A stretch of DNA of 27,687 nucleotides from Woeseiaceae bacterium (lineage in GTDB: Bacteria; Pseudomonadota; Gammaproteobacteria; Steroidobacterales; Woeseiaceae). The stretch is taken from assembly GCA_035457045.1 (NCBI GenBank), contig DATICC010000004.1:1-27687 (forward strand), in the 5' to 3' direction. This document shows positions 26,620 through 27,687 of this stretch, piece after piece (the stretch's first letter is position 1; every line of letters begins with the position of its first letter). The notes under the pieces were generated by a model that was not told where the DNA came from, did no database searches, and saw only the letters and a list, made by a program, of their open reading frames with translations. A program made the translations under genes and the position numbers.

Positions 26620-27687
26620 CTACATGCCAACCGCTGTATCCGACCGGTCGGCAGCGCCGTCCGTCTCCTCGGGAACGGCCTCGCCGCCCCGGCTGTGCAG
26701 CTTCAGTTCGCGCCTGGCCTTGGCCTGGTCGTTGCGCACCAGTTCGAGTCCCTTCAGGTATTCCTCGGTCACGTTGGCGGTGACGTATTCGCCGGAGAAA
26801 CACGAGGTATCGAACTCGCGGATCTCCGAGTTGTCGTGGCGCACGGAACGAATCAGGCCGTGCAGGTCCAGGTAGATCAGCCGGTCGGCACCGATGATCT
26901 TCTGCACTTCAGGCACGGTACGGCCACTCGCGACCAGTTCCGTCACGGCCGGCATGTCGATGCCGTAGACGTTCGGGAAACGCACCGGCGGTGCCGCGGA
27001 TGCGAAATAAACCTTGCGCGCGCCGGCCTCCCGCGCGAGCTTGATGATCTGCTTCGAGGTCGTGCCGCGCACGATCGAATCATCGACCAGCAGCACGTTC
27101 TTGCCGCGAAACTCGAGGTCGATGGCGTTCAGCTTGTGGCGCACGGATTTGGAACGCTCGGCCTGTCCCGGCATGATGAACGTCCGGCCGATGTAGCGAT
27201 TCTTGATGAAGCCCTCGCGATACTTGACGCCCAGGTGATACGCCACCTGTCCTGCGGAGGTGCGGCTGGTATCGGGTATCGGTATGACGACGTCGATGTC
27301 GTGATCCGGCCACTCCCGGACGATTTGCCCGGCAAGTTGCTCGCCCATGCGCAGCCGCGCCTTGTAAACGGACAGGTTGTCGATGATGGAATCCGGCCGC
27401 GCGAAATACACGAACTCGAAGATGCAGGGTGCATAACGCGTCGCGCCTGCAAATTCGCGATTGTGCATGACCCCGTCGTTGTCGATGAACACGACCTCAC
27501 CCGGGCGGATGTCGCGCAGTCTCTTGAATTGCAGGATGTCGAGGGCGACGCTCTCGGATGCGACCATGTACTCAGTGCCGGCGTCGGTTTCCCGCTGCCC
27601 CATGATTATCGGGCGTATACCGTTCGGGTCGCGAAACGCCACGATGCCGTGGCCGATGATCATTGCAACGACGGCATAGCCGCCGGA
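26620..27687 (-). CDS. purF: Amidophosphoribosyltransferase, 5' end outside the window
   Basis: [34 protein letters not shown] motif [14 protein letters not shown]; frame stays open to the window edge. Confidence 0.97.
   Translation of the reverse strand, partial: SGGYAVVAMIIGHGIVAFRDPNGIRPIIMGQRETDAGTEYMVASESVALDILQFKRLRDIRPGEVVFIDNDGVMHNREFAGATRYAPCIFEFVYFARPDSIIDNLSVYKARLRMGEQLAGQIVREWPDHDIDVVIPIPDTSRTSAGQVAYHLGVKYREGFIKNRYIGRTFIMPGQAERSKSVRHKLNAIDLEFRGKNVLLVDDSIVRGTTSKQIIKLAREAGARKVYFASAAPPVRFPNVYGIDMPAVTELVASGRTVPEVQKIIGADRLIYLDLHGLIRSVRHDNSEIREFDTSCFSGEYVTANVTEEYLKGLELVRNDQAKARRELKLHSRGGEAVPEETDGAADRSDTAVGM

Overview
27.7 kb GC-rich window, probably from a gammaproteobacterium (inferred from gene order and an E. 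coli-type PurF). The left half is conserved housekeeping sequence on the minus strand: tRNA-Pro/Arg/His/Lys/Leu, tig-clpP-clpX-lon-hupB, tRNA-Val/Asp, ppiD and a DAACS symporter, with a divergent cyclophilin-lpxH pair and a convergent miaE. The strongest find is an argU-type tRNA-Arg(UCU) split at the wobble position (U34^C35) by a 310-nt group I intron with a recognisable catalytic core. I do not know this host tRNA among the classically described bacterial intron hosts. The right half is an accessory catabolic island: TonB-dependent receptor, VOC protein, WrbA-like flavoprotein, acyl-CoA ligase, two tandem single-barrel MetE-like Zn enzymes and an orphan SAM-methyltransferase-like protein. 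Divergent from it lie a citryl-CoA-lyase-like gene and an alpha/beta hydrolase, followed by an IclR regulator with a candidate operator. The window ends with a pseudo-receiver/Ser-Thr kinase fusion and a partial purF. A REP/REPIN-like repeat family (core AAAGG[G/T]GTC) sits at gene 3' ends and supplies the last codons and stop of at least two genes. All structure calls and alignments were done by eye; no database searches were run.
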